Assembly (NCBI RefSeq): GCF_031769215.1
Contig: NW_026782212.1
Coordinates: 806,001 to 870,000, forward strand
Length of the DNA stretch: 64,000 nucleotides
Source: Ylistrum balloti
Lineage: Eukaryota
Direction of reading: 5' to 3'
Shown here: piece by piece, positions 49,217 through 62,239 of the stretch
How positions within the stretch are numbered: the stretch's first letter is position 1
Layout of the letters: the number at the start of each line of letters is the position of its first letter
Notes under the pieces: model-generated
The model's input: only the letters and a program-made list of their open reading frames with translations
Told to the model about the DNA's origin: nothing
The model's database searches: none
Program-made: the position numbers and the translations under genes

Positions 49217-49535
49217 CAGACTCCTCAGCTGAGTAACATCATCACACTACAATGACAGACTCCGCAGCTGAGTAACATCATCACACTACAATGACAGACT
49301 CCGCGGCTGAGTAACATCATCACACTACAATGACAGACACCGCAGCTGAGTAACATCATCACACAACAATGACAGACTCCGCAGCTGAGTAACATCATCA
49401 CACTACAATGACAGACACAGTAGCTGAGTAACATCATCACAAACAATGACAGACTCCGCAGCTGAGTAACATCATCACACTACAATGACAGACTCCGCGG
49501 CTGAGTAACATCATCACACTACAATGACAGACTCC
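49217..49535. repeat. 39-bp minisatellite, subfamily B (gctgagtaacatcatcacactacaatgacagactccgca), about 8 copies
   Basis: Direct reading. Shares gctgagt and tgacagactc with subfamily A at the same spacing. Confidence 0.95.
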
Positions 49536-49792
49536 TGGTAGCCTGCTAGACACCTCGTTATAATTATGTGTTTGGTATATTAACTGGACACACCATGATC
49601 GATTCAAAAGGGATAACCAGGACAGGAAGTTGTACTTTCCTCACCTTTTGATTCAACAATTTCAGAACAGTTATTGTCCTTTTTTGAATTTCATTTTCAC
49701 TGAAAATCACTTTTACATGCCCTTTTGAGACTTGGTTGGATTGATCAGATATGCTTTCTAAGCTATATAAACTATATATCAAAAATGATATG

Positions 49793-50793
49793 TGTAGTAG
49801 GGTACAATTTTGTAAATTGACTTTGTAAGGTATTTTTAATATAAGTGAGCAAGTTGCGGTCCCGTGTTTTGTAACGCAATTGTAGGTCTTATTTTATAAT
49901 GTATTGTAAACCGCCTCTGTGATATGTCAAAGGGCAAATATATTTTTATCGAACTGCCCAGTGGTAATCGCGCAAGGCGCGCGGTAAAATGGCGTTTGGG
50001 TTTTATTGAGAGAGGCCCTTTTTCGTCCTTTGTTGTTCGGAAATTATATTAAGTACCGATCATGTATATTGACTTTTTTTTTTTTTTTAAGTTTCATAAA
50101 TCATGTATATTGACTGTATTGTAAATAAGTAACTTTTTACAATTATTGTAATTGCATCCTCTTGTAAAGATCGATGTCGAATTATATTTAATAGGCTCTG
50201 TTAAATTGTGAGTAAATCGATCTTTGGTAATTTGAATTTCATATTGTTTGGAGTTCATGGTTATCTTTTACATTATTCAGAGGAGGTGTGTTGTGATATA
50301 TTTTTGATCATTATAATTTTTTCCTAAATTCTGGTTAAAGTTTGTTATTTTTTTCTTTGCTAATTATTTAACATAATTTATAGATCCGCTGTTTCGTTCT
50401 GTGGCCAGCTAAACCGTCATCCGCGGGTTGTGTCCCTTAAGCCCTCTTCCCTTTTTGAAGAGGTATGTTGTTGCCTTAACGTATTGTGTATCGTAACTTA
50501 TAACCTATGAAGTTTCGGCTCTGTAATGTATGATAGTGACTGGGTTATTCAGTATTTTACTTTAATAGTATTTGTATAGTTAAGCGTTTTTGTGCTGAGT
50601 GCGTTAATCGGTCGTGTTCGATCTGAACGAGTTCATAACTCGTTCAGGTAGTGTGAGTTTGAGAATTAGTTTTAATGTATTGTTATATTGTTGTTATAGG
50701 GTTTAATTGGGCATCCAGAATAAACCATTTGGTAATGAACTGCCGTCTTTGCGGTGCTTGTACGTTGCGATCCGGAGCAGATACACTGCTACA
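49793..50793 (+). mobile_element. Candidate solo LTR (about 1.0 kb)
   Basis: Termini TGTAGTAG...CTGCTACA (7/8 inverted match), flanked by TATG/TATA (near 4-bp TSD), with AATAAA about 70 nt from the 3' end and an internal perfect 11-bp hairpin at 50623-50647. Confidence 0.5.
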
Positions 50794-53364
50794 TATAATA
50801 CGTTCTAAGATCCTAACATTCATAACTCAGATTTCAATACAAATTAGCGAATTGATTATTTCAAAGAAACCATCAGAAATTATTAAACAGTGTTTCTTGA
50901 AACATCATAAAACTGGTACAGATAGATAAGTGTGATGTCTTTTATTGACTAATTCTTTAAAGTGAAAACTTTATAGTATTGTGATTTGTGGTGATATATA
51001 CAGATAATGATTTCAAGAACTGTAACACTAGTACCAGGGGCATATAGATTACAGATATAAAACAGGCTTAAGTGAGCTGACGAGAAGTGATGATAGTTGG
51101 TGATTTCAAAGCATTCTCCATCATTATTGATGGTTTTTAGAGTCTTGTAAGTCAATTTATCAAGGGCTGGATATTGATCTCATTTCGTGTAATTTAGTAG
51201 TTATAAGATACCCTTTACTTAATTAAAGTCATTCTTGTTTACGATGTAACAAATTTGTTGTTTGTTTTAGTAATAAGTCTTGAGTGACGGTAAATCATGC
51301 AGTGACTGACTTATTGAATACTTCTCACCTCGAACAAGCCAACAAAGGAGGGACTGAATAAGCTCACCTTGTCAGCCCGCATACCCGGACTTTTTATTGT
51401 TCTCTGTATAATTTGCCTGAACCTGTATGAGTGAATATTTCTCGGTACCGGGGTACTTTTGGCTCAGCCACTATTCATTATAATTGACACGAGTATTATG
51501 AATGTGATAAATGGAATTTGGGCTTTAAATCAACAAACTATGGCGGGAAATTATTTATATTTCGGCACAAAATGTTCCGAGAGGATCACGAAAATTAAAA
51601 AATGTTTTAAAAAGTGAGGGTCGTTGTGACTTGTACATAGTGTTAGATAGTGTTAAATATGGTCTGTCACTCATCTGAAAGAGCATGCTGCTTTAGAGGT
51701 GTAGGTGTGGTTAAATTCAACATCAGTTACACTGAAGAAACAAGTTATAGTTAGAGAAAAGTTGGGAAACCAACATTAAGTAATATTTTATCATGAGTGA
51801 AATAGTTTAAATGCAGGATACTAATACCATTTTCAAGCAGGAGACATTTTCAGTCTTAAGTAATTCAAGTATTTCCTTGTCAGTATCTTTTAAGTAATGG
51901 TTTATTATGAATGTGTTATTTTGTGATCAATGTAATAAACAATGTATTTCCTGGAAATCACATATACAATATAACTGTACTTTTGCAGAAAAAGATGAAA
52001 AATGTTCACATTTGAACGGAAACATTGTGTAAACTGTGTGAAATATGTGAAAACCAAGGCTTTACAATCGTATTGTTGTGAATCACGTGTATTTTATTAT
52101 GGTTAAAAGTTACCCTTTCATCTGTACCATTGACCTAAACATTACTGCGTGTAATTTATTTATCATCTCCCCTTTATGACCAAAGTCCACTGCCCACAGT
52201 CCTTTACTTCATCCTAAGTGACATTCACCGTCCACTGTCATCATATTCAGACAAATAAAACCCGTCACACCACATGACCTTGTGCATTCAAGACGTACTT
52301 GTGACAGGAACATACACGTTCCAAATTTCCATGAGCTACATACATATATTTAGGTAAAGATATCATTATCTTTGCGGTGTGTCGAGTCTGTCTAACGATA
52401 ACAACTTCCGGGTAAGATTACATTTATTTTATACATATAATGTTCACCTGTATTCAATGTTAACATATCACCTATCTGCCTCCATTATGTAAACAATGAA
52501 ATCATAGTTACAAAATATTGAAAGGTAAGATTTTTCCAGGAAAATAGCGGGGTTATCAGCTTCGAACCTATTCAAGGCATACGTACAACGCTACAAAACA
52601 ACTTTTATCAAAGCATTGATTTAAATATATATAAAAACAATAGAAAAAACAACAGAAAGAATGTATATATGTACAGTATATACCTCTTGACAAATAAAAT
52701 CTTAGGCCTGAATAGTTATGATATTCAATATCTAGAACGCTTGTTACTATGTGTTACAATATACAGTATTTCAATATTACAATATTATACCCATGAACAT
52801 ATAAAGTCTTAATCTTGTTTTCATTCGAGAGGTATACTGATTTATGGTGGTTAATTACGCTGTGGTTCTCTTTTACGTGTTAAGTATTAAATCAGAACTC
52901 TGGCCTGAAAAATGTTGAAACAGTGAACAAAGTTAATAAACAAACTCAGCAATTAAGATTGGTGGTATAAGGGAGACAACTCTTGATTATCTTCCGTTAA
53001 ACAAAAATGCACAGATTTATCTATACATAAACGGAGTGAAGTAGATATCAACAGTGCTTTGTGTTGGAATTAAGGTATATAATGTATATCGGATAGTATC
53101 CGTGGAATCAACAGGAATGTAATACGGTTTTATGAAATGGCGTCAAGTATGCAATTTCATAAAGTTTCATAAACTTGCATTTAGTTATAGTATTTTCTGT
53201 TATCCCGTACTTCAGACATTACAGCACCTTCTGGAGAGCTTTAGTACTTTCTAAACATAATAACAGAACAAACGATAAAGTTTACAAGGCAGAACAAACC
53301 TTAACATGGTCTACTATGCTGGCCTGCACATAACTGAAATATATGATACATTATGATTAGGTCT

Positions 53365-54252
53365 TCAAGTTAGGCGTGAAGTAGGTAGTGGGCACACGCC
53401 ATTGCCCAGTTAAAATGAAATTTATAAAAGAAAAAAGAAAAGAATAGAAATACTGAAGCTATTTCGTGAATCCCCAAAAAAGATAAACACACAAATAGAT
53501 TGTAAGACGGCAGTAAAAAGCAACCTAATAGACAGACTGCGTGAGATGACAATTCCTAAGAAGACCAAAAAACACCTCAGTAAAGTTTCTTAAAAGGAGA
53601 CAGAAAAGTAAATTTAAAGTAATGAAAGTCTATCTGTTGCGTTTACATCCAAGAAAATTGTCAAGAAAACACGAGATTTCTGCATACACCCAGTTCACGG
53701 ACAAATATTCCTCAGTCTGTTTGGTAGCTACATGCTATTCTCATTTTATCACTTAACAGTGTTGTAGTCGGAAAGGACTCTTTAGGATTTCATTTGTGTT
53801 CTTTCACTATTGTTATATATACTTTTATTGACAAAGTTTGAACAGGCGATCGAATGAAAAAAAACACGTTCGTATCCACACTAATGTTATGTCACAAGTA
53901 TTAATGTTAATGACGTCACTGTAGAAAAAACAACTGACGAGCAATCATTTCAAATTACCAAGATGCATCATCATTTCTGTCTATAAATAAACTATCTCGG
54001 GACTCCAGCTCCAGCATGACTATCGATTTCGTCAAGTTAGGCGTGAAGTAGGTAGTGGGCACACGGCATTGCCCAGTTAAAATGAGATTTATAAATGAAA
54101 AAAGAATAGAAAGGAAATACTGAAGCTATTTCGTAAATCCTCAAGAAAGATAAACACACAAATAGATTTTAAAATGGCAATAAAAAGCAACCTAATAGAC
54201 AGACTATCTGCGTGAAATGACAATTCCGAAGAAAACCAAAAATCTTAACACC

Positions 54253-54283
<31 letters not shown>

Positions 54284-54866
54284 GACAGAGAGTGAGGAAG
54301 AACAAAGGGAAGTAACTCCGAGAGATCAGAATGGCACAAAACATATCGGACTACATGATTTGTGCGATTGAATCATTGTCTTTTCGTGTCGGTTTTTATT
54401 TGATCTTCATTTGTTGACAACACGGTAATTAGTTGTTTGTTATTGTGATCACATTTTCTAACTTTGTCAATAAAAGTATATATAACAATAGTGAAAGAAC
54501 ACAAATGAAATCCTAAAGGGTCCTTTCCGACTACAACACTGTTAAGTGATAAAATGAGAATAGCATGTAGCTACCACACAGACTGAGGAATATTTGTCCG
54601 TGAACTGGATGTATGCAGAAATCTCGTGTTTTCTTGGCAATTTTCTTGGATGTAAACGCAACAGATAGACTTTTATTTCTTTAAAATCCTGAATAAAAAT
54701 ACACGTTCGTATATACACTAATGTTGTGTCACCAGTATTAATGTTAATGACGTCACTGTAGAAAAAAACTGACGGGCAATCATTTCAAATTACCAATATG
54801 CATCATCATTTCTGTCTATAAATAAACTATCTCGGGACTCCAGCACCAGCATGACTATCGATTTCG
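53365..54866. repeat. Local duplication A-B-C / A'-(GACA)n-spacer-B'(inverted)-C'
   Basis: A 53365-about 53575 vs A' 54032-about 54245 (direct). B 53625-53838 vs B' 54460-54673 (reverse complement, 214 bp). C 53852-54031 vs C' 54691-54866 (direct). Confidence 0.92.
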
Positions 54867-56056
54867 AGGTACCAAGGGAGATAACTTGAAGTGATATTCC
54901 GATTTGATCACTTTACTGTTGTAGTCAATTCACTTTATACTTGTAAGTAATGTAATTCTATTACTGAATTATATAAACACATCAATGTTGTGTAAATTCA
55001 CATTTATAGTACGTGACATATGTCGCGAAGTTTCACACAACTCGGATATAAACATAATATCAGCCCTGTATAGGAAGTTTCGTATGCATGATTGAGGTCA
55101 TCATGTCAGTACGGTAGGAAATATTGTGCACATGTATGACCCCAACCTTGTTATGTTGAACGTTAAAGTCCATATTTCATAAAAAAAATCGGTTTTCTTA
55201 AGAAGAAATCCCAGTTTGAAATCAAGACTTATCTTATAATGGGTTCCGGTCTTTATATCATCTACGCCTTCTGTAATTGTACTGCATAAGACATTCCTAT
55301 ATATATATGGTTCTATATTGTTTATTTAATGGTCAGTTGTATAAGGGTAGAATTGTACAAATTTGGTTTGACCAAAGGGCCGTTCCCTATGTTGTTAACT
55401 ACTCGTCTTTAAATGTGAAGGACAACGAAAGCGCCATAACGTAAGATAAAGTGAGATGCCTTTGAAATCTAATCAATACCCCCAAGGCCGGGACCAGGAA
55501 GGAACGGCCTGAAATAGCAGATACAAGGGCAACTATTTCTCAAACAGATACATATATCTTTACTTAGTCTATACCGACAATCAAAGTAAAGGTTAGAATA
55601 TAAAAAGAAAACGAAACAGAAAGTATATTTGTTGACGGTGTTACGTCGTTACAACAGCCAGGGTGGTATAAGACGGTGTACACGGATGATGGCACAACTG
55701 AGTCATTATCAGACGCCTTTGTAGTGCCATTTCGTTGAAATGGTGTATGATATTAGTATAATACCTGGTCACATCTTACGGACCACTGATTAGCCGAACG
55801 CATATAGTTCAATGCTGAGCAGAAACCAGCGGAGACTATGTACCATTTAACTATATATCATGACTTGATGATAAAACCCAGAATAACTATATATCATGAC
55901 TTGATGACAAAACCCAGAACACAGAAAACAAATATTGATGATGTCAGAGCACTGACGCCGCTATCAAATGTTGATGCTGTTAGGACAATAATGACTCAGT
56001 CAAACGCTGGCGCCATCAGGAAATGGCATGTCAACTCTATCAAATGTTAATATTGT

Positions 56057-56660
56057 CAGAACACAGATGACGCTATCCGAACACAGAAGACTGTATCTAA
56101 TGGCGACGCTGTCAGAACACAGAAGACGCTATCCGAACACTAAGAACTCTATCTCATGTTAACTCTGCCAGAACACAGACGACTGTATCTAATGGCGACG
56201 CTGTCAGAACACAGATGACGCTATCCGAACACAGACGACTGTATCTAATGGCGACGCTGTCAGAACACAGACGACGCTATCCGAACACAGACGACTGTAT
56301 CTAATGGCGACGCTGTCAGAACACAGACGACGCTATCCGAACACAGAAGACTGTATTTAATGGCGACGCTGTAGAACACATATGACGCTATCCGAACACA
56401 GACGACTGTATCTAATGGCGACGCTGTCAGAACACAGAAGACGCTATCCGAACACTAAGAACTCTATCTCATGGTAACACTGCCAGAACACAGACGACTG
56501 TATCTAATGGCGACGCTGTCAGAACACAGATGACGCTATCCGAACACAGACGACTGTATCTAATGGCGACGCTGTCAGAACACAGATGACGCTATCCGAA
56601 CACAAACGACTGTATCTAATGGCGACGCTGTCAGAACAAAGACGACGCTATCCGAAAACT
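56057..56660. repeat. 56-bp higher-order tandem repeat (36-bp plus 20-bp subunits, both starting gaacacaga), with degenerate flanks about 55850-56790
   Basis: gaacacagacgactgtatctaatggcgacgctgtca alternates with gaacacagatgacgctatcc, with a recurring gaacactaagaactctatctcatg variant. Confidence 0.93.
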
Positions 56661-56989
56661 AAGGACTCTATCAAATGTTTACACTGTCAGACCACTGACG
56701 ACGCTATCAAAAGTTGACATTGTCATAACACTAACGATACCATCTGAGCACTGACGACACTATCAAAATGCTGAGAACACCATCAGAGACATCTACTTAG
56801 TGACAGTATCAACACACCGAAGGTTTCAGTTACCAACGTAGACATATATACGAAGCCTTTTGACGATGAAATAACCTTTGAAACGCGCGCGCACATACAC
56901 ACAGTGCCGAAAAAAAACAAACATAACTTCATCATCGTTTTGTTTTAAATACAAAATGAACGTGAGTAGTAATAAATCAGCAGCCTAGT

Positions 56990-57666
56990 TGTCAGAGCCA
57001 CATGTGTTCTGTCTGTAACAGAAGTCTTACGTAAGCTCGGTAAAAACGACCTTTACTAAAATAGACGGGCCAACCATTGATTAACCTTAAATTTGTATAG
57101 GTTGTGGCGCTACACTCTGACCGAGGCTGTCCTCCCTCCCACACTACTACAGCAGTAGACCAGTGATGGGGGAGGGGGCAATCTCCCCGCGAGAAGCCAC
57201 GATGCGCCAAAAATAACTCATTTACACAGCAGACAAGAGTAAGGTAAGACTGTTCACCGTAACACCTAGGTGTACACAGCTCAATACAGGACTGTTGAGA
57301 GAGACTACTACTATCGGACAGACCAAAGGGATCAAATTGTGTATCGGTGGGAATATTGATGCTGATGTTAATCTATTCTGTGTACTAACTACGCACACCG
57401 AGACTAACTGCTCACGGGGCAGGTGAGTTAGGACATTCGCCTGACGGGTCCTCAAAGTACCTCGTTCACCAAACGACATGTGTACTGGGAACTGTAAACA
57501 AAGGAGAAGGTTTGGTCGGAGGTAGAGAGACAGTCAACCGTTTCGGCAGTGATATATACTGTGTGTTTGGATACTGCTTAATTCCTTAGGATGTCACTGC
57601 GTGAAGTTTGTGAAAACTGCCATTTGTTGAAACTTATCATTAATCTTGTTTCAATAAATTGCAACA
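56990..57666 (+). mobile_element. Candidate solo LTR (677 bp)
   Basis: TGT...ACA termini flanked by a perfect 4-bp direct repeat TAGT (56986-56989 and 57667-57670). GC-richer than its flanks, with AATAAA at 57653-57658. Confidence 0.55.
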
Positions 57667-57780
57667 TAGTCTCCCAACAAAGTTTTGCGATGTAAGGGAC
57701 AAAAGCAGACCATGCATGGGTAGTGTGTATCAAATGATGCCATCATTTTGTGATCATTTCGTTTCAAAATAATGCACACT

Positions 57781-57931
57781 ATGTCTAAGCCGAGCTTCGC
57801 CGTCCAGGCAAAATTCAAATTTTACACGGACGAGGAATCTTTGGCGGGAGAATGGAAGCACGCGGCCAAATGTAATGCCAGTCAGATTACATTCTTGGAG
57901 GGCATTCTGCTGAAAACTCTCGACCACAACT
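57781..57931 (+). CDS. Candidate first coding exon of an unidentified gene (MSKPSFAVQAKFKFYTDEESLAGEWKHAAKCNASQITFLEGILLKTLDHN)
   Basis: ATG, 50 open codons with a GC-richer coding-like composition, then a consensus GTAAGT donor at 57932. No family recognised. Confidence 0.35.
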
Positions 57932-60900
57932 GTAAGTACCCCCTACCCTCCACCCGCACCCCCAATGTGACACAAATGCTATCATCTTGCTTGTAAAACA
58001 ATAGATTTCGTCTTCAAACAAATTGTAAATATTTCACTTCAATCAAGGGGTAACTATATCTCTTTCCTAAATGAACGCATCTCCTCCTCAGACAAAGGGT
58101 TCAATCCTTGTCCTTAACAAGCAAACTGTAAACTAATCACGAGTGTTTACAATTCCCCCACAAGAAAACCTTTCCCCTCTTAAATAAACGGAAAATAGGG
58201 GGGAGGGGGGTTCTCCTCAAAGGATGAGGACTTTTTGCCTTATCAATCAGAGTAAACACCGACCACCCCCCCACCCCCACCCCCCTCCCCACCCGAACCA
58301 CACACAAACAAATACTAAATGTAATTTTGTCCTTAAGCATCTGTCGTTTTCCTCATTTTACAAAGGGTTACACATTCCATTTTTAAATAACATTAAATAA
58401 TCAATACTTCTCCTAAACAAATGGATTACCTATAACTGACATTTAAATGAATAAAAGCGGATATAACTTTACGTGCTAATCCATTAGTACTACATGTAAG
58501 GAAAGTATGAGGCAATTATCGTCAAAGCTCCTGTGTTTTTCTCATACGTCCCTTACTGCAACCATTTTAGCAAATATAATCGCATATTCATACCAATCGG
58601 GATAAGCACATTGACTCATTAATCAAATTATGTACACTAAGACACAGTTTTAAATCAAAGGGAAATCAAGTTCAAAAGTATAAAGAGGCACTAACATATT
58701 CTGAAAACATTATAAACACATCTGCTCATAAGTAGAAAGGCTAGATATTTATAACTTTATCAAAAGGTAAATCTATTTTACCCAGGTATAAGTTCTGAAC
58801 AAAGAATACATGTAACTTAGGACCTTAACCGAAGATATATTAACATGTAAAAGAAAACAAATGTATATTTAGCATAGTTATCCTAATACACGAAAGTATA
58901 CACAAACTTTGATAAAATGTCGAGTATCGCACTATGATTCAGTTCATTATCAATTTTCAAATCACTTTGCCAAGATTCTGGACATCATGCCGTTGGCATG
59001 GATGTCAAAGAACGACAACTCTGGTTAGAAGAGGTGCCGGTTCTTACCCAAACAATCATATTGCATGAAATAATTGTCTATCAGAACTTTTTGTTTTGAT
59101 TTCTTTTGATCGTTTGATGGGATATTATTTTATAAAATGTGATAAAATGAATCAGAATAAAAGTTTTGTGCATTAATTGAAGAAAACACATCCACAGAAT
59201 TAGCTCGGGGTACTGAATACCATCTCTCTTTTTTATTAACAGCCGAGGTGTTTACTGTATACCGGTTCTATTCTGTAGTTACCGTAGTACATTCCGCACG
59301 CTTTTCTCGTGCTTTTCTTATTGCTACAGCGATGGTACCTACCGATGCATGCTGCACGTGACTTTGGTAGGTGCCTTGTTATGAGTGATTCTAATGACCT
59401 ACTTTGACATTGTGGAGACAATGATTGGCAGTACTTCGTAGACGAGCAATGCACATGACATTCCTAGGATGTCTGATATCAGAAAAAACGCCTGTTAACA
59501 AATAGTAGCTTTATAATAGATGAATCTGCTTCTATTTTTATTGGTAATGTACATTGTACATATAATATCTTGTTTTGCTATATAACGAAATCATTTGATC
59601 TTTGACGCACATTTCGTTCAAATCATAGCTTATATTCCGGACAATTTGGAGAGAGGAAACTCTACCGTTTTCTTTGCAAGTACTCAAATCCTCTTCAAGT
59701 CTGTTAATTCCCTTTTGTTACAAAACTTTCCCGTTGAGCAAATGTTAAAGATGATCATCGCTAAAAGATAACGAAGTACATTTTAAGTTTGTCTATGTTC
59801 CTTTTGGCTTCTAAAATAACTAATGAAGGAAATCCTAATCCGATCGAGCTCGTCAGACTAATTAGATAACATGTAAGTTGGGCAACTATATTTAGCCTTC
59901 GAATCCCATAATGCTCTGCACATAGCACACGTAACGGTGAAAACAACATGGCCGAAAAAAACGCGTGCGGAAGAAAATTATGGGGAAATCTGAACTAGAT
60001 TGGAATAGACAACATCGATAAACTTCGGATGATATAATTATTCTTTGAAGAATCGTTTTGGTGTCAAAGTTGTTAACAGACATGTACAATAAATTTGCAT
60101 CAAACTCGGTTTGTCACTACTGTCCCACATTTTGACACTTCATTTGTCAGATGTAGCCTTGTTTTCGATGCACATCGCCACTCTTCTAAACAAGGCTTAA
60201 AACCTCGCTATTTTTAGAATAGTACTCTCATGGCCAGTTTGGACACTCGATCAAGAAACGCCCATCTAAATGGAAAAATTAAACTCCTCTATATTTTATT
60301 AGGTGGGCAGTGTCCACCTGTAAGTCACGTGATCGCCGTATATGATTTTGAAGGGAGCAGTCCTTAGGAGTTTGACTGTAATGTTCCAGAGATCTCGGAC
60401 GAATCTGGTCCGTAGTTACTGTAGCAGATAGTACGCAGGAAAAGCTTCCACGAATGCATTTATCATAATATGTATTCATAACATTACGCCTCACTTTACA
60501 ATGTACATGTACAATGGATGTTTTCATAATAATTCAAATCTATCAAATTGTATCCTTGGCCTGCTAGTCCCTTAACGAACATGACTGTGACGGAAGGAAT
60601 AGATTGTCATGATCCTTTCTCAAAGTCTGGCAAACCACACGTATAAAAGAAAACGCGACCACGACAATTGTATATGTACGTCTGCTGGGATTGTACACAG
60701 CTGTTATACAAAAATTCTATACGTAAAAAAAAGTCAAGCGTATAAACTCGATAAATGGGCTGCCGTCCAAGTTTGTCCGATATATATGACTATCGTACAC
60801 GTTTGTCAAACAATTCTACTCCACAACTCCGATAAAATGGCTACTGTACACGTTTATTCTGTCCCACACCTCCGATTAACAGGGCTACCGTACACATGGA

Positions 60901-60973
60901 TTCCTTGTTCCATACTAGGGAACTGATATAACATACACCTTAACTTCATAACAGGATCGTTAATAATTTTTTG

Positions 60974-61457
60974 CATCAGTCCGTACTAACGGGATCGTTA
61001 TAGATTTCTACGTCTACATCAGTCCGTACTAACGGGATCGTTATAGATTTCTACATCTACATCAGTCCATACTAACGGGATCGTTATAGATTTCTACGTC
61101 TACATCAGTCCGTACTAACGGGATCGTTATAGATTTCTACATCAACATCAGTCCGTACTAACGGGATCGTTATAGATTTCTACATCAACATCAGTCCGTA
61201 CCAACGGGATCGTTATAGATTTCTACATCTACATCAGTCCGTACTAACGGGATCGTTGTAGATTTCTACATCAACATCAGTCCGTACTAACGGGATCGTT
61301 GTAGCTTTCTACATCAACATCAGTCCGTACTAACGGGATCGTTGTAGCTTTCCACATCTACATCAGTCCGTACTAACGGGATCGTTATAGATTTCTACAT
61401 CTACATCAGTCCGTACTAACGGGATCGTTGTAGCTTTCTACATCAACATCAGTCCGT
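60974..61457. repeat. 43-bp minisatellite, about 11 copies (catcagtccgtactaacgggatcgttatagatttctacatcta)
   Basis: Direct reading (61021, 61064, ...). Confidence 0.97.
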
Positions 61458-62239
61458 GTTGACGGTGTCGTTCTATCCTACCAAACCGTTCCGTACTAAC
61501 GGAAGCGCTATACCATGTTGTATATATACACTTTTTCAATCCATACTTACGGGTCAGCGATACCTTGGCCGCGTGAAGTCATATTTCATCTGTTTGACCT
61601 GAGATGTGATCAGTTTAACAAATGAACAGAAACAACTTTACGGAATCAAATGGTGAACAGTACTGATCTTTTATATATCGCTGTCCTATACCAGAATGAA
61701 GATTCAATTTCTTGTTGGCATTTTTCCAATTTAACTGTCAACAATGTAGTTACATGCAATATGTTTGCTTGTGGCTGGGACGCGCCAGTGTACCAATTCT
61801 GGTGCCGAAGTCTCGATTGGGACAAACAAGGCTTGTATACATACAGAATAAAACGTTATTGGGGTGCAGTTTAAGCAAAGTTTCGCAATTATCCGCCCGC
61901 ATTATTTAAATCAACAGAATACACGGGCTACATCCGATGATTATATAAATATTTAATGTAATATCTCCAATAATAGTCTGTTGTACTGAAATCAATCATG
62001 TATCTGGCACTGTGACAAGGATTGTAGAGAACATATGTTTATTATTAACTTACCAGTATAAAGAGCTTAGAATAGATCGATTTTTCAATGACAAAGTTTA
62101 GTATTAATGTTAGTATTTATGTATTACAACGGTATCACACTGTCTTCATTCATTTATTGTCAATTTCGTTCACTTGATACGTCCATTGTCATACATGGCT
62201 TTTTCAATAGGCAAGTGACTTTTTGTGACATTTGGTAAC

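Noticed and set aside
57105-57210. GC-rich structured segment as an HDV-like ribozyme (minus strand)
   Set aside because: A long hairpin is present, but I could not build the nested P1/P2/P3/P1.1 pseudoknot or find the catalytic C-containing J4/2. It is better explained as LTR sequence.
59236-59480. Faint SF1 helicase motif VI resemblance on minus (IIVSTMS...IAVAIRKAREK)
   Set aside because: The fragments are in different frames with stops, and no other helicase motifs are nearby. It is probably chance.
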